Shown: positions 12,760 to 24,981, counted from the first letter of the stretch. The stretch is 64,000 nucleotides of DNA from Octopus sinensis (GCF_006345805.1 NC_043000.1:25234001-25298000); one strand, 5' to 3'. A program made the numbers and translations. The notes: a model not told the origin generated them from the sequence alone.

Positions 12760-13576
12760 AGCGGCGAGCTGGCAGAAACGTTAGCAGGCCGGGCGAAACC
12801 GTATTTCGTCTGCCGTTACGTTCTGAGTTCAAATTCCACCGAGGTCGACTTTACCTTTCATCATTTCGGGGTCGATAAATTAAGTACCAGTGACCCACTG
12901 GAGTCGATGTAATCGACTTAATCCGTCTGTCTGTCCTTGTTTGTCTCCTCTGTGTTTAGCCCATTGTGGGTAGTAAAGAAATAGGTATTTCATCTGCCGT
13001 TACGTTCTGAGTTCAAATTCCGCCGAGGTCGACTTTGCCTTTCATCCTTTCAGAGTCGAAAAATTAAGTACCAGTTACGCACTGGGGTCGATGTAATCGA
13101 CTTAATCCGGTTGTCTTTCCTTGTTTGTCATCTCTGTGTTTATCCCCTTGTGGGTAGTAAGGAAAAAAAGAATAAAAGGCGATCTGGCAGAAACGTTAGC
13201 AGGCCGGGCGAAATGCTTAGCGGTATTTCGTCTGTCTTTACGTTCTGAGTTCAAATTCCGCCGAGATCGACTTTGCCTTTCATCCTTTCGGGGTCGATAA
13301 ATTAAGCACCAGTTACGCACTGGGGTCGATGTAATCGACTTAATCCGTTTGTCTGTCCTTGTTTGTCCTCTCTGTGTTTAGCCCCTTGTGGGTAGTAAAG
13401 AAATAGGTATTTCGTCTGTCTTTACGTTCTGAGTTCAAATTTTGCCGAGGTCGACTTTGCTTTCTATCCATTCTGGGTCGATAAATAAAGTACCAGTTGC
13501 GTACTGGGGTCGCTCAAATCGACTGCCACCCCTCCTCAAAAATTTCGGGCCTTGTGCCTAGAGTAGAGTAGAACAG
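12760..13576 (+). mobile_element. SINE family A tetrameric array ending in tail-2
   Basis: Four body units and two heads; whole array flanked by the 14-bp direct repeat AATATTACTGGAGA (12742-12755, 13577-13590). Confidence 0.9.
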
Positions 13577-13624
13577 AATATTACTGGAGATAACGTGTTA
13601 CAGTAGTAGCCATCCTGCATTAGA

Positions 13625-13810
13625 TGAATATATATGTTGGTTTGTTTACGTTCCAGTAACTTAGCGATTCGGTAAAATAACCCGATAGAATATGTACCAG
13701 ACTTTTAAAAAGACAGGGACTGGTGTCGATCTGTTGACTAAAACTCTTCAAATACTTGTTGCCCAGCATGGCCGTAGTCCAATAACTGAAGCAACTAAAA
13801 GACAAAAGAC
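13625..13810 (+). mobile_element. SINE family B, 3' half
   Basis: GTTTACGTTCCAGTAACTTAGCGATTCGG...CCCAGCATGGCCGTAGTC matches the family B 3' part. Confidence 0.75.
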
Positions 13811-14424
13811 AAATATAAAAAAAAAAAAAAACAGAAGCTCTTAGTGTGAATATTTCATTAAAATAAGTGATATAAATGACAATTAAAATTCTCAGATAAG
13901 ATCAATTTTAAAATTCAGACACTGCTGGGATATTTTTTCAGCCACGTTTGGATTCCTTTTCTTTCTTTCTGAACTAGAAGAATATTTTAATATCATTACT
14001 TTTTTTCTTTCATGCTGTGCACTCCACGTTCAAAATTACTTGCATTTACAAGAGCAGGGGAATCTAAAAATTCCCATCTTTTTAAACTCTTCAACTGGAA
14101 GCCCCTCACCTAAACGAAAGTACACATTTTCACTGAATGCGATAATTGATCAAGAATGCACATCAAACGAGAGGCCAGAAGCCTCTTACACTTTTTCATC
14201 CAGTAAACATCATCACTAAGATATTGCATTCATACTTTGATTATTTTTGTTTTGGCATTGTACGAAGTTTCTGCCGAATTCAAAGAAGTTTGTTATTGAT
14301 CCACTGCGCGCAACTGAAGCAGCACTGGTTTAAAATAGCCATCTATCTATCAAGTCTAAAGTATATACCATCTTTAAAAGATTTTATCTTGAACGAAAAC
14401 GGTAGCATCTTGCCTCTCAACGGT

Positions 14425-14810
14425 GTATCTTTTACCTTTTATTTGTTTTAGTCATTTGACTGCGGCCATGCTGGGGCACTACCTTGAAGAGTTTTTAAAG
14501 CCTGGTTCTTTTTCCGAACCGCTAAGATACGGGAACGTGAACAAACCAACAGCAGTTATCAAGCAATGATGGTGAACAAACACAGAGCAAAGACACACAC
14601 TACACACACACACACACATACGCGAGCACGCATAAATATACACGACGGGTTTCTTTCAGTTTCCGTTTACCAAATCCACTCACAAGGCCTTGGTCGACCC
14701 GAAGCTATAGCAGATGACACTTGCCCAAGATTCCACGCAGTGGGACTGAACCCGGGGGTCATGTGGTTGGGAAGCGAACTTCTAACCACACAGCCGCACC
14801 TGCGCCATAG
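14425..14810 (-). mobile_element. SINE family B
   Basis: Reverse complement of the head GGCGCAGGTGCGGCTGTGTGGTTAG...GTTCAGTCCCACTGCGTGG, the TTGGGCAAGTGTC body, internal (GT)n and the 3' part. Confidence 0.88.
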
Positions 14811-15052
14811 AAGACTATCTTAATTAAATGATGCTTCAATTGCATATACTGGATTTACATTCTGCTCAACAACTATTTGCCATATTCACGGTTTCCTAAA
14901 TAACTGAGGCGAAAATTTTCGTCAATGCAAATTTTTCGTCTAGGCATCTGGCTGCGAGCACATGTCGTTGATAAAGCCCAACAAGTCCAAAATGCATCAA
15001 GCGTTCTCGCTAGCCATTGCTATATTTTTTTGTCTACCTCCGATATATATAT

Positions 15053-15662
<610 letters not shown>

Positions 15663-16170
15663 TAGTTTGTTTTTAACACATCACGCCTTTAAGAGATTTT
15701 ATCTCGGTCGAAAACCTCAAGACGTATGTATATACGTTAAGTATGATACACAGATGGCTACTTCTCACTGTAGGCATTTGCAGAACGACACAAAATCATG
15801 TAAAACTCTCATTGTTTGTGTGCAATTCTTTATTGTGGATTAGACAGAATCTCGAGCCAGTACTTACTGGATCATTAAACTTGCTTCTTCTTCACATTAT
15901 AGAACTAATATCTCATCCTTTACAGTAAAATACTTTGAGAGCCATTCCACTTCATTTATATAAATAGTATCTAAAGAATATATTGAACACTGTAACACTT
16001 GCGAATTCTCAAATTCTTTTGTACCGCAAACCTACTAAACACTGAATATACGAAACGTGAAAGAATTTTCAGTTTGTACATTTATTTATTTTCTTTCATC
16101 CAAGTTCAAGTCTCCTCTGTAAACAATGCTGTTCTGAGAGACGTTTTCGAAATGATGTTGCTCCATTATA

Positions 16171-16651
16171 CAGGGTGTTCAAAAAGTCTCTCCACGGTGA
16201 AGTTTTTCCATCCTGCGCATCACCATGGTGCTACTTCAAGAGTTTTTCGGTGGACGGATTATTTCGAAGGGACTTTGGCCACCAAGATCACCTGATTTAA
16301 CACCTATTTCTTTACTACACACAAGGGGCTAAACACAGAGGGGACGAACAAGAACAGACACATGGATTAAGTCGATTATATCGACTCTAGTGCGTAACTG
16401 GTATTTATTTAATCGACCCCGAAAGGATGAAAGACAAAGTCGACCTCGGCGGAATTTGAACTCAGAACGTAACAGCAAACGAAATACTGCTAAGCATTTC
16501 GCCCGGCGTACTAACGTTTCTGCCAGCTCGCCGCCTTATATGATTTAACACCACCAGACTTTTTTCCTGGGAAGAAAGTAAAGGATCAGTGTACAAGAAT
16601 CGCCCGAAAACCATTAAATACTTACTGCGGAGAGAATTTTTGAACACCCTA
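16171..16651 (+). mobile_element. Internally deleted IS630-Tc1-mariner element with a nested SINE-A
   Basis: TIRs CAGGGTGTTCAAAAA.TCTC / GAGAATTTTTGAACACCCT, TA flanks; residual WPPRSPDLTP...DFF....VYKNRPKTI coding. Confidence 0.85.
16305..16537 (-). mobile_element. SINE family A monomer nested in the Tc1-like element
   Basis: 12-bp TSD TGATTTAACACC (16293-16304, 16541-16552). Confidence 0.9.
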
Positions 16652-16989
16652 TATTTCCCCTGTATAACTCGCGTTCCAACTGATGTCAACATTACCATTT
16701 TCTAAAGTTAAGTTTGTGTTTTACGTAAATATTTGTGAAAAATATCGGGAAATGAAGTGATAATAGTCACCGCATTTCCCGACGTTTTCACGAACTGTCG
16801 ACTTCAAAATATCAATAAACACAACCTTTTGAATGATTTCATTTTGGTGTCTGTATATGACATACACTATTTTAATTTTTGGAACGGTAACACCAATGTG
16901 TCCGTCAATAATCAACATATGCAAAGCAGATTTCCTCAACTTATTCATTACTTAACATCGACGTCGTCAAAGAATTCAAAAGCAAAGTT

Positions 16990-17200
16990 CTAGATGTACC
17001 ACTTTTCAGAAATATCTACATATTTACTCAAGTGTGAATTAATTTCTAAGATAAAATGCACCGATGTGTTAAATTTAACTGCTAGAATAACTTTTAACCT
17101 TAGAAGCACCAGACTTCTTTTGGCGCCTGTTTCCTCTACAGACCGATCAGTAGTTACATTTGTCTCAGGCATTTCTGATTTTAACAAAGAAATCAACTAC
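16990..17200 (-). pseudogene. Possible hAT-like transposase C-terminal remnant
   Basis: KRSLVLLRLKVILAVKFN...LSKYVDISEKWY resembles the R..L....K..L.VK.N...SSEKY end of hAT-like transposases. Weak. Confidence 0.3.
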
Positions 17201-17262
17201 ATTGAGGTTGACAGTATCGACCAAGCCCCTCCCCTCAAAGATTTCTAGCCTTGTGACAAATA

Positions 17263-18167
17263 TAGTGATCCCTCGGCTATCGTGGATGTTACGTTCCAAA
17301 ACCCCCCGCGAGAAGTGAAAGTCCGCTATGTAGAAACAGTACTGTACTGTATATTTTTAAAATATAAAGGCGTAGGAGTGGCTGTGTGGTAAGTAGCTTG
17401 CTTACCAACCACATGGTTCCGGGTTCAGTCCCACTTCGTCGCAACTTGGCCAAGTGTCTTCTACTATAGCCTCGGGCCAACCAAAGCCTTGCAAGTGGAT
17501 TTGGTAGACGGAAACTGAAAGAAGCCCGTCGTATATATGTATATGTATATATATATGTGTTGTGTGTGTGTATGTGTTTGTTTTTTTTTGTTTTTTTCCC
17601 CAACATTGCTTGACAACTGATGCTGGTATGTTTACGTCCCCGTAACTTAGCAGTTCGGCAAAAGAGAACGATAGAATAAGTACTAGGCTTACAAAGAATA
17701 AGTCCTGGAGTCGATATGCTCGACTAAAGGCGATGCTCCAGCATAGCTGCAGTCAAATGACTGAAACATTTAAAAAAAGAGATAATTTGCATATATCTAT
17801 TTATTATAAATGCAAAACACCAGCACACACTCGCCTCCCGAGTTCCGTTTTCCATACAATATGCGCAATTCTTTGTTAACTCATCTACGGCACGCTCCAT
17901 ATTTTCTTTTAATTTCTTCTAATTAATGTGTTATACAGTGCAGTACTGTTCTGTCTTTTTATTTATTAATTTATTAATTTTAGGCGTGAAAATGCTTATT
18001 TTACCACAGAAATAATTAAAATCTAAAAGACATAAATACCTATCGGCTGCAGAAACCCGTGATATACTGAGGAATCTGTGATATAAATTTACATATATTA
18101 GGCAAAAAAAACCCCGCGATGTACGGAGGGTGCGATAGGTGAACCGCGATATGGCGAGTGATTACTG
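17263..18167. mobile_element. pogo/Tigger-like MITE with a nested SINE-B
   Basis: Imperfect TIRs (T)AGTGATCCCTCG / CGAGTGATTACTG with TA flanks; subterminal CCGCGA(T) repeats. Confidence 0.75.
17368..17780 (+). mobile_element. SINE family B, full length (tRNA-derived head, CORE-like TTGGGCAAG body, internal TA/TG microsatellite)
   Basis: AGGCGTAGGAGTGGCTGTGTGGTAAG (A-box-like), GGTTCAGTCCC (B-box-like), 3' CAGTCAAATGACTGAAAC; many copies in the window. Confidence 0.9.
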
Positions 18168-18603
18168 TATATATTTATAGTTTGCAATTTTGAAATAACT
18201 AAAAGTTGTTTTAATCATACAAGACTTAAGAATAGAGTTAAGTCACTAATTTTCTATTTTTAAAGAAATTTGTTTTTAAGTTTAATATTCGTCGTTTTGT
18301 TGTTGTTGTTGTTTTTGCCCCTACGAAAGAGAAAAACATATTTTTCCGATTTTTTGTGCGATTTCATTAAAAAGTAAAAGCTAACTTTACAGGATTTTTT
18401 TTCGACAGAAATTCGAATCTTTCAAACAATTCTATTATGTTTTGTCTTTTCTGTTTTACTCGCGTTTCAGTAAAAGAGAAAAGACAAAAGATAACAGAAT
18501 CGTTTCCAGCCGCATAAATCGACTCCGGTATTTATATTTCTTTTCTTAAGTCTGGTACTTTTTTTTTCTATCTGACCCTTTTGCCGAACCACTAAGTTAT
18601 AGT

Positions 18604-18733
18604 GTTTGTTGTTAACACAATGTTTCGGTTGATATATACCCTCCAGCCTTCATCAGGTGTCTTGGGGGAAGTTTCGAACTCGGAAACTTGGGGTTATTAA
18701 CCACAAGATTCCGAGTTCGAATCCAGGCAGTGA

Positions 18734-18776
<43 letters not shown>

Positions 18777-18967
18777 AAGAAGAAGAAGAAGAAGAAGATC
18801 GAAAAACACCTTAGGAATGAGAACCCACGTTCGAAATTTTCCCCCAAGACACCCGATGAAGGCTGGAGGGTATATCAGCCGAAACGTGTTAACAACAAAC
18901 AATATGAGAATGTAAATAATATAAAAATAATGTACATAATAATCCTCATCTCTTAATACAGAACTGT
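18604..18967 (+). mobile_element. Non-autonomous Penelope-like element: inverted terminal duplication, tRNA-like segment, (AAT)n/(GAA)n, hammerhead-bearing tail
   Basis: 18604-18679 is an inverted copy of ~18827-18900; both carry C(T/C)GATGA-AGGCTG...CAGCC-GAAAC; T-arm-like GAGTTCGAATCC at 18713-18724; tail matches 58894-59072. Confidence 0.75.
18612..18661 (-). ncRNA. Minimal type I hammerhead ribozyme motif
   Basis: Minus strand GACAC-CTGATGA-A-GGCTG..CAACC-GAAAC-ATT-GTGTT; stem I GACAC/GTGTT; one stem II mismatch and an imperfect stem III. Confidence 0.6.
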
Positions 18968-19029
18968 AGTATATATATATATATAATATATATATATAAT
19001 ATATATATATATATAATATATGACGGACT

Positions 19030-19260
19030 TATATGTGTGTGTGTGTGTTCGTGGTACGTGTGTGTGTGCGTGTGGTGCATGTCTTTGTGCCTGTCCCCAC
19101 TACCGCTTGACGACTGGTGTTGGTATGTTTACGTCCCCATAACTTAGCTGTTCGGCAAAAAAAAGTAAGTACTGGAGTCGATTCATTCGACTGAAAATTG
19201 TTCAAGGCGGTGCCCCAGCATGGCCGCAGCCCAATGACTGCAACAAGTAAAAGATAAAAA
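19030..19260 (+). mobile_element. SINE family B, 3' half
   Basis: Matches family B downstream of its internal microsatellite. Confidence 0.8.
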
Positions 19261-19584
19261 AACAATGTTTTAAACATAACTATATCTCTTTGTTTTATCC
19301 CGGCAGCTGTATTTTGTCTTTACCAAACAATGGTTTAACATGGTAAAACTGGTATAGTTGGTATTACTGGTATTCCTTACTGGTGAAGGCGCGTGACTTA
19401 GTAATTCGGGTGTTGCACTCATGATCATAAATTCGTGATTTCGATTCCCAGACCAAGCGCTGTGTTGTATTCTTAAGGACCAAGGGTTTACATGAATGAT
19501 ATTTTCTGTACTAATAATTACATTTCATTAAGAAGTGCTCACAGCCTAATTAGCGAGATCAAATATCATTACTGGACAAACTAT

Positions 19585-20216
19585 GGTGGCGAGCTGGCGG
19601 AATCATTAGCACGCCGGGCGAAATACTTAGCGGTATTTCGTCTGCGGTTACGTTCTGAGTTCAAATTCCGCCGAGGTCGACTTTGCCTTTCATCCTTTCG
19701 GGGTCGATTAAATAAGTACCAGTTACGCACTGGGGTCGATGTAATCGACTTAATCCGTTTGTCTGTCCTTGTTTGTTCTCTCTGTATTTAGCCCCTTGTG
19801 GGTAGTAAAGAAATAGGTACTTCGCCGGTCGCTACGTTCTGAGTTCAAATTCCGCCGAGGTTGAGTTTGCTTTCATCCTTTCGAGGTCGATTAAATAAGT
19901 ACCTGTTACGACCTGGAATTGATATAATCGACAAGCCCGCTTCTTCAAAAATTTTCAAGGCTTTGTTCCTAGAGTAAAAGTAATCATTACTGGACAAACT
20001 TAAGCGGTGACCTGGCGGAATCGTTCGGACACTGGACGAAATGCTTAGCAGTTTTTCACCCGTCGCTACATTCTGAGTTCAAATTCCGCCGAAGTCGACT
20101 TCGCCTTTCATCCTTTCGGGGTCGATAAATTAAGTGCCAGTTGAACACTTGGGTCGATGTAATCGACTCATCCCCACCTCTCCCAAGCTGCCCCTGTGGA
20201 AAAAAAAATTGAAATA
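19585..20216 (+). mobile_element. SINE family A dimer (19585-19985) plus an older monomer (20003-20216)
   Basis: Family A sequence; target motif ATT(A/G)CTGGACAAACT repeated three times (19568, 19987, 20220). Confidence 0.88.
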
Positions 20217-20689
20217 ATTATTGCTGGACAAACTGAAATTAGCTATCCTTTAATTTCGCTATGAAAATCACAAGCTTTCAGAAATTATAATATTGTCAGG
20301 CGGAGTTTTGTATTGATCTGCAAATATTTCAAGATCTGACGTGTGGAATGCTTGTGTAGCAGTGCAGACAATGTCGATTTCATCGAGGAAGTGAGCTAAT
20401 GTACTGCACAAACATTTGATCACTATAAACGAATTATCTGTACTGGTTGTTCAACCAGAAATTGCGGAACCCACATCTGTCGTTTATCATAGCAGATTCC
20501 CGCTCCACTAGTGTTCAATACAATTATATATTACTAGTATATTACAGGTACTCATTTCAAATGTAGTAAAGTGAGAATAAGCTCTAGCATGGACCTTCTA
20601 GTGTTTCTCCCAACTATTTCTGGCAGAGATAGTCGTCAAGTTACCCTCAAATCCTGCACTACGATATTAAAATTTAACAAAAGGAAACA

Positions 20690-21505
20690 TTCTTTTCTGC
20701 TCTAGGCACAAAGCTCGAACTTTTTTGGGGAAGCGGACCAGTCGATTAGATCGACCTCGGTATGCAAATGGTACTTAAATTATCGATCCCGAAAGGATGA
20801 AAGGCAAAGTCGACCTCGGCGGAATTTGAACTCAGAACGTAGCGGCAGACGAAATAACTATTTCTTTACTACCCACAAGGGGCTAAACACGGAGAGGACA
20901 AACAAGGACAGACAAACGGATTAAGTTGATTATATCGACTCCAGTGCGTAACTGGTACTTATTTAATCGACCCCAAAAGGATGAAAGGCAAAGTCGACCT
21001 CGGCGGAATTTGAACTCAGAACGTAGCGGTAGACGAAATACCGCTAAGCATTTCGCCTGGCGCGCTAACGTTTCTGCCAGCTCGCCGCCTTGGAAATGTA
21101 ATGTATTCTTTTCTTCTCTAGACACAAAGCCCGAAATTTTGGGGGAGAGGGTCAGTCGATTATAGCGACCCCAGTGCGTAACTAGTACTTATTTAGTCGA
21201 CCCCGAAAGGATGAAAGGCAAAGTCAACCTCGGCGGAATTTGAACTCAGAACGTAGTGGCAGACAAAATACCTATTTCTTTACTACCCACAAGGGGCTAA
21301 ACACAGAGGGGACAAACAAGGACAGACAAACGGATGAAGTCGATTATATCGATTCCAGTGTATAACTGCTACTTATTTAATCGACCCCGAAAGGATGAAA
21401 GGCAAAGTCGACCTCGGTGGAATTTGAACTCAGAACGTAGCGGCGGACGAAATACCGCTAAGCATTTCGCCCGGCGTGCTGACGTTTCTGCCAGCTTGCC
21501 GCCTT
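20690..21505 (-). mobile_element. Two adjacent SINE family A dimers, each ending in tail-2
   Basis: 20690-21090 and 21105-21505: head-body-tail1-body-tail2. Confidence 0.9.
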
Positions 21506-21598
21506 AAGGAAAGAAACACATTGGACAATCCAGTTCCAGGTATTCAATTATCTGAAACTGCACGTGATGGTTACAGCTAGAATGTCTTTCATTTAAGG

Positions 21599-21860
21599 CA
21601 GCGGTTCCCAACCGGGGTCTATATGACCTTTGGGGGTCCATGTAAGATTTTGTTGCTAAAATTTCTGTACAATTAAATTGGATATACTTGTACACTGCAC
21701 AAAATATTTCAGCAATTTTTTTTTATACAATTCCGATTATTTCATTATATAAACATAATATGATTTTTTTTAAAGATTGAATGGCTGTGAAGGTCCTACA
21801 GACTAAAATTGGTAACAAAGTTGTCCGTAGGCAAAAAAAAAAACCGGTTGAGAACCACTG
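21599..21860. mobile_element. hAT-family MITE
   Basis: TIRs CAGCGGTTCCCAACC / GGTTGAGAACCACTG; 8-bp TSD ATTTAAGG / ATCTAAGG (one mismatch). Confidence 0.85.
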
Positions 21861-21987
21861 ATCTAAGGTATATTCGACCAGGCTTTGTCTTGGGGGTTAA
21901 ACAGCAACTACTTGGAATCTCTTGGTTTTACTATCGTCTGCGCTGTCTGCTGACAAGGAATTTATTTTTGTAATCAAATAACGAGTG

Positions 21988-22285
21988 TGGAGACATATGG
22001 CTTAGTAGTTAGAGCAGCGGACTCGCGGGTTCGAATCTCAGACCGGGCGATGTGTGTGTTTATGAGCGAAACACCTAACCTCCACGCGGCTCCGGCAGAA
22101 GGTAATAGCGAACCTCTGCTGACTCTTTCGCCACATCTTTCTCTCACTCTTTCCTCCTGCATCTTGCAGCTCACCTGCGATGGACCGGCGTCCCATCCAG
22201 GTGGGGAACCTATACGCCAAGGAAACCGGGAAAGAGACCCTTTTGAGCCAGACATGGCTGGAGAAGATACAAACAACAACAGCAA
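21988..22285 (+). mobile_element. tRNA-derived SINE, family C-related (V-domain-like CCTGCGATGGACCGGCGTCCCATCCAGG)
   Basis: TGGCTTAGTAGTTAGAGC A-box-like, GGTTCGAATCTC B-box-like, 3' part shared with 61464-61707, (AAC)n tail. Confidence 0.8.
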
Positions 22286-22339
22286 TCAAATGATGTTTCC
22301 AGAATTTCCTACAATAACAGCGACTAATAAAAATCCCAT

Positions 22340-22612
22340 AAATACGACCTAACTGGAGAGATTTATCTAGTCGCTCCACTTGCTAGAAATAGCAACCATA
22401 TCTCCATAAAATCACATCCTATTATGGTGAATATCTAAGCTGAAAAATTATGTTGCATTATGTTATTCTAGTTACTTTATAACTGGAAAATTACGGGATT
22501 GTTATGGCCGGGATACTTTTGATCACAGGTCTGCTGAGTCAGAACTAACCCGGGGACTAAACACTAACAATTACAGTAACAACAACTACTACTACAACAA
22601 CAACAACAACCA
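22340..22612 (+). repeat. Older dispersed repeat (SINE-like family D) with (AAC)n tail
   Basis: GCTAGAAATAGC..ATCTC..AAATCACA..GGGGACTAAACA motifs recur diverged at ~5895-5940, ~8165-8360 and ~21505-21910. Confidence 0.55.
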
Positions 22613-23343
22613 TTAAGAGATTAATTGTTGAGTGCCTTTTATTTTCTCTGTCGCTAAACTGCATAACGCAACACCGCCATATTGTCACTTATGGAAAACA
22701 ATATCAACAAAATCGTATTTGGGGTTTTAAACTATTATAAGACGTCTTCGTTTTAGCAACAATGAAGTCGTCTGATAAATAGCTTATAGACAGAAACTTA
22801 AAATGACGATAGAGAAGCTGCTAAAAATATTACATCAAATAACATTTACGAATTGTAGCCATGAGCTTTTTGTTGCCTTTAACTTTTAATATTTCGTACC
22901 GCTTTTCTAATATCATTATGGTGAAATGTTTCATTTCAAACACGCTTCAATAAGCGCGTAATACGATTATCTCTCTGAACTCTTCTCACATTGTGTAAAC
23001 TAATGAATTTGTTGAATCGGAAACATAATATACAACCGGAAACATAATATATTTTCTGGAAGAACTATAAAATTTCAAATGGTTTTGTTATATTATTACT
23101 ATCGATATCTTTGTCTAAAAGTCATCAGCAATATTGTTCCCCCAGTATTAACTGATTGCGTGTATGTTTATCAGTGTTTATTAATTACTTAAACATTTCT
23201 TATCGGAAATAGGAAATCAGATCGTTCGACAAAGACACGGACTGGGTATGAATGTGCTCCTCCTGTTATTATGGTGAGCTTCGTTGAATAAGAGATTGGT
23301 CATCGATGGATCGATTCTCAAACATAAACTGCTTCAATATATA

Positions 23344-23577
23344 TATTTCTTTACTGCCCAGAAGGGGCTAAACATAGAGGGGACAAACAAGGACAGACGA
23401 AGGGATTGAGTCGATTATATCGACCCCAGTGCGAAACTGGTACTTTATTTATCGACCCCGAAAGGATGAAAGGCAAAGTTGACCTCGGCGGAATTTGAAC
23501 TTAGTACGTAACGACAGACGAAAATACCACTAAGCATTTCGCCCGGCGCGCTAACGTGTCTGCTAGCTCGCCGCCTT
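23344..23577 (-). mobile_element. SINE family A monomer
   Basis: TSD ATAAACTGCTTCAATATATA (23324-23343, 23587-23606). Confidence 0.9.
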
Positions 23578-24042
23578 CAATATATAATAAACTGCTTCAA
23601 TATATAATTGGCTTTGTTTACGCCAGTCAAACCACAGGAAAAGAACTGAACATAATATCACTGTACGCAGTTCTCATGAAATGCAGGAACTTTATATCTA
23701 CTCCAAGAGAAATTTGTTGCTTTCAATATTAGAACTGGCATATCTGATGTGGATTTCCGATTTCCGATTATTTAATGAAGGTTCCTGTATACATTTATGA
23801 CTGAATTAATAATAACTGACTTATTAAGAATTAACACCAAGATATTAATCAAGTAAAGTTTATCATAGTTTATTACTTCAGGTAATGGCTGAGCAAATTA
23901 CCCAGAGGCACCATCCACACAAAAAATACCGGTGTAACTGTGAGCTATAATTTTTTCCGAGTTAAATATGGGTCAGAGCTGATTAGAGAGGAAAAACAGT
24001 TTGTCTAGCCAGACCTAATTTAGTTTGAGTAAACATGAATAC

Positions 24043-24285
24043 GCAGGAGTGGCTGTGTGGAGGCGCAGGAATGGCTGTGTGGTAAGAAGCAAAAGTCGGT
24101 GGGCACATTCGTCTTCTTGTATCATTATCATTCATCTCATCGTGTCCAGCCCGCAAGCTTCCTTACTCTGTGTACTGCCGTTGTGGCAAATTTAATGGAA
24201 TAAAGAAGCTTGCTTCCTAACCACATGGTTCCGGGTTCAGTCCCACTGCGTGGCACCATGGGTAAGTGTCTTCTACTATAGCCTA
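24043..24285 (+). mobile_element. SINE family B 5' half with duplicated head and a ~115-bp retro-insert
   Basis: Head repeated at 24042 and 24061; insert 24090-24202 flanked by AAGAAGC repeats. Confidence 0.8.
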
Positions 24286-24389
24286 TAGTAGAAGGCACTA
24301 TATATATATATATATATAATATTTATATATATTTTGCATATATATATATAATATATTATAATATTAAGATACACACACACGCACACACA

Positions 24390-24421
<32 letters not shown>

Positions 24422-24659
24422 TACATACATATATATATATAAAGGGTAGAGAAATTATTCTACCAGTGGCTAGCATTCATAAAATAGTCAATAGGCAACA
24501 TATATTTTATAAAATATTAGTGTACATTCATACACAAAATAGGTGACCCTAACAGGACACCTTACATGATAAAAGGAACAAAGTCCAAACCATGGTTAAG
24601 AGTAATTTCGAAGGAGATGAAAAATAAAAACATTTTCAATAGTTACCACTTGTACCACA

Positions 24660-24759
24660 GTTACGATGAGACGTAAACACACCAACATCGATTGTCAAGC
24701 AATGGTGTGGGTACAAACAAACACAGACACACACAGACACGCACTCACATACACACACA

Positions 24760-24795
<36 letters not shown>

Positions 24796-24875
24796 TATAC
24801 ACATTTGTACGACAGTCTTCTTTCAATTTCCGTGTACGAATCTACTCATAAGGCTTTGGTGTACTGAAGCTAGAG
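24660..24875 (-). mobile_element. SINE family B internal fragment
   Basis: CGTAAACACACCAACATCGATTGTCAAGC...(CA)n...TCTTTCAATTTCCGT. Confidence 0.75.
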
Positions 24876-24902
24876 TAATATATATATAAATGATATATAT
24901 AT

Positions 24903-24974
<72 letters not shown>

Positions 24975-24981
24975 ATAATAT

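Noticed and set aside
9458-13576. CRISPR-like appearance of regularly repeated units
   Set aside because: Units are ~170-bp SINE modules with no unique spacers, no cas genes and a eukaryotic context.
21988-22070. tRNA genes at SINE heads
   Set aside because: Heads have A/B-box-like motifs but no complete cloverleaf and continue into SINE bodies.
22900-24020. Possible LINE endonuclease remnant on the minus strand (INVY.., LLG.D.. motifs)
   Set aside because: Too degenerate to support by eye.
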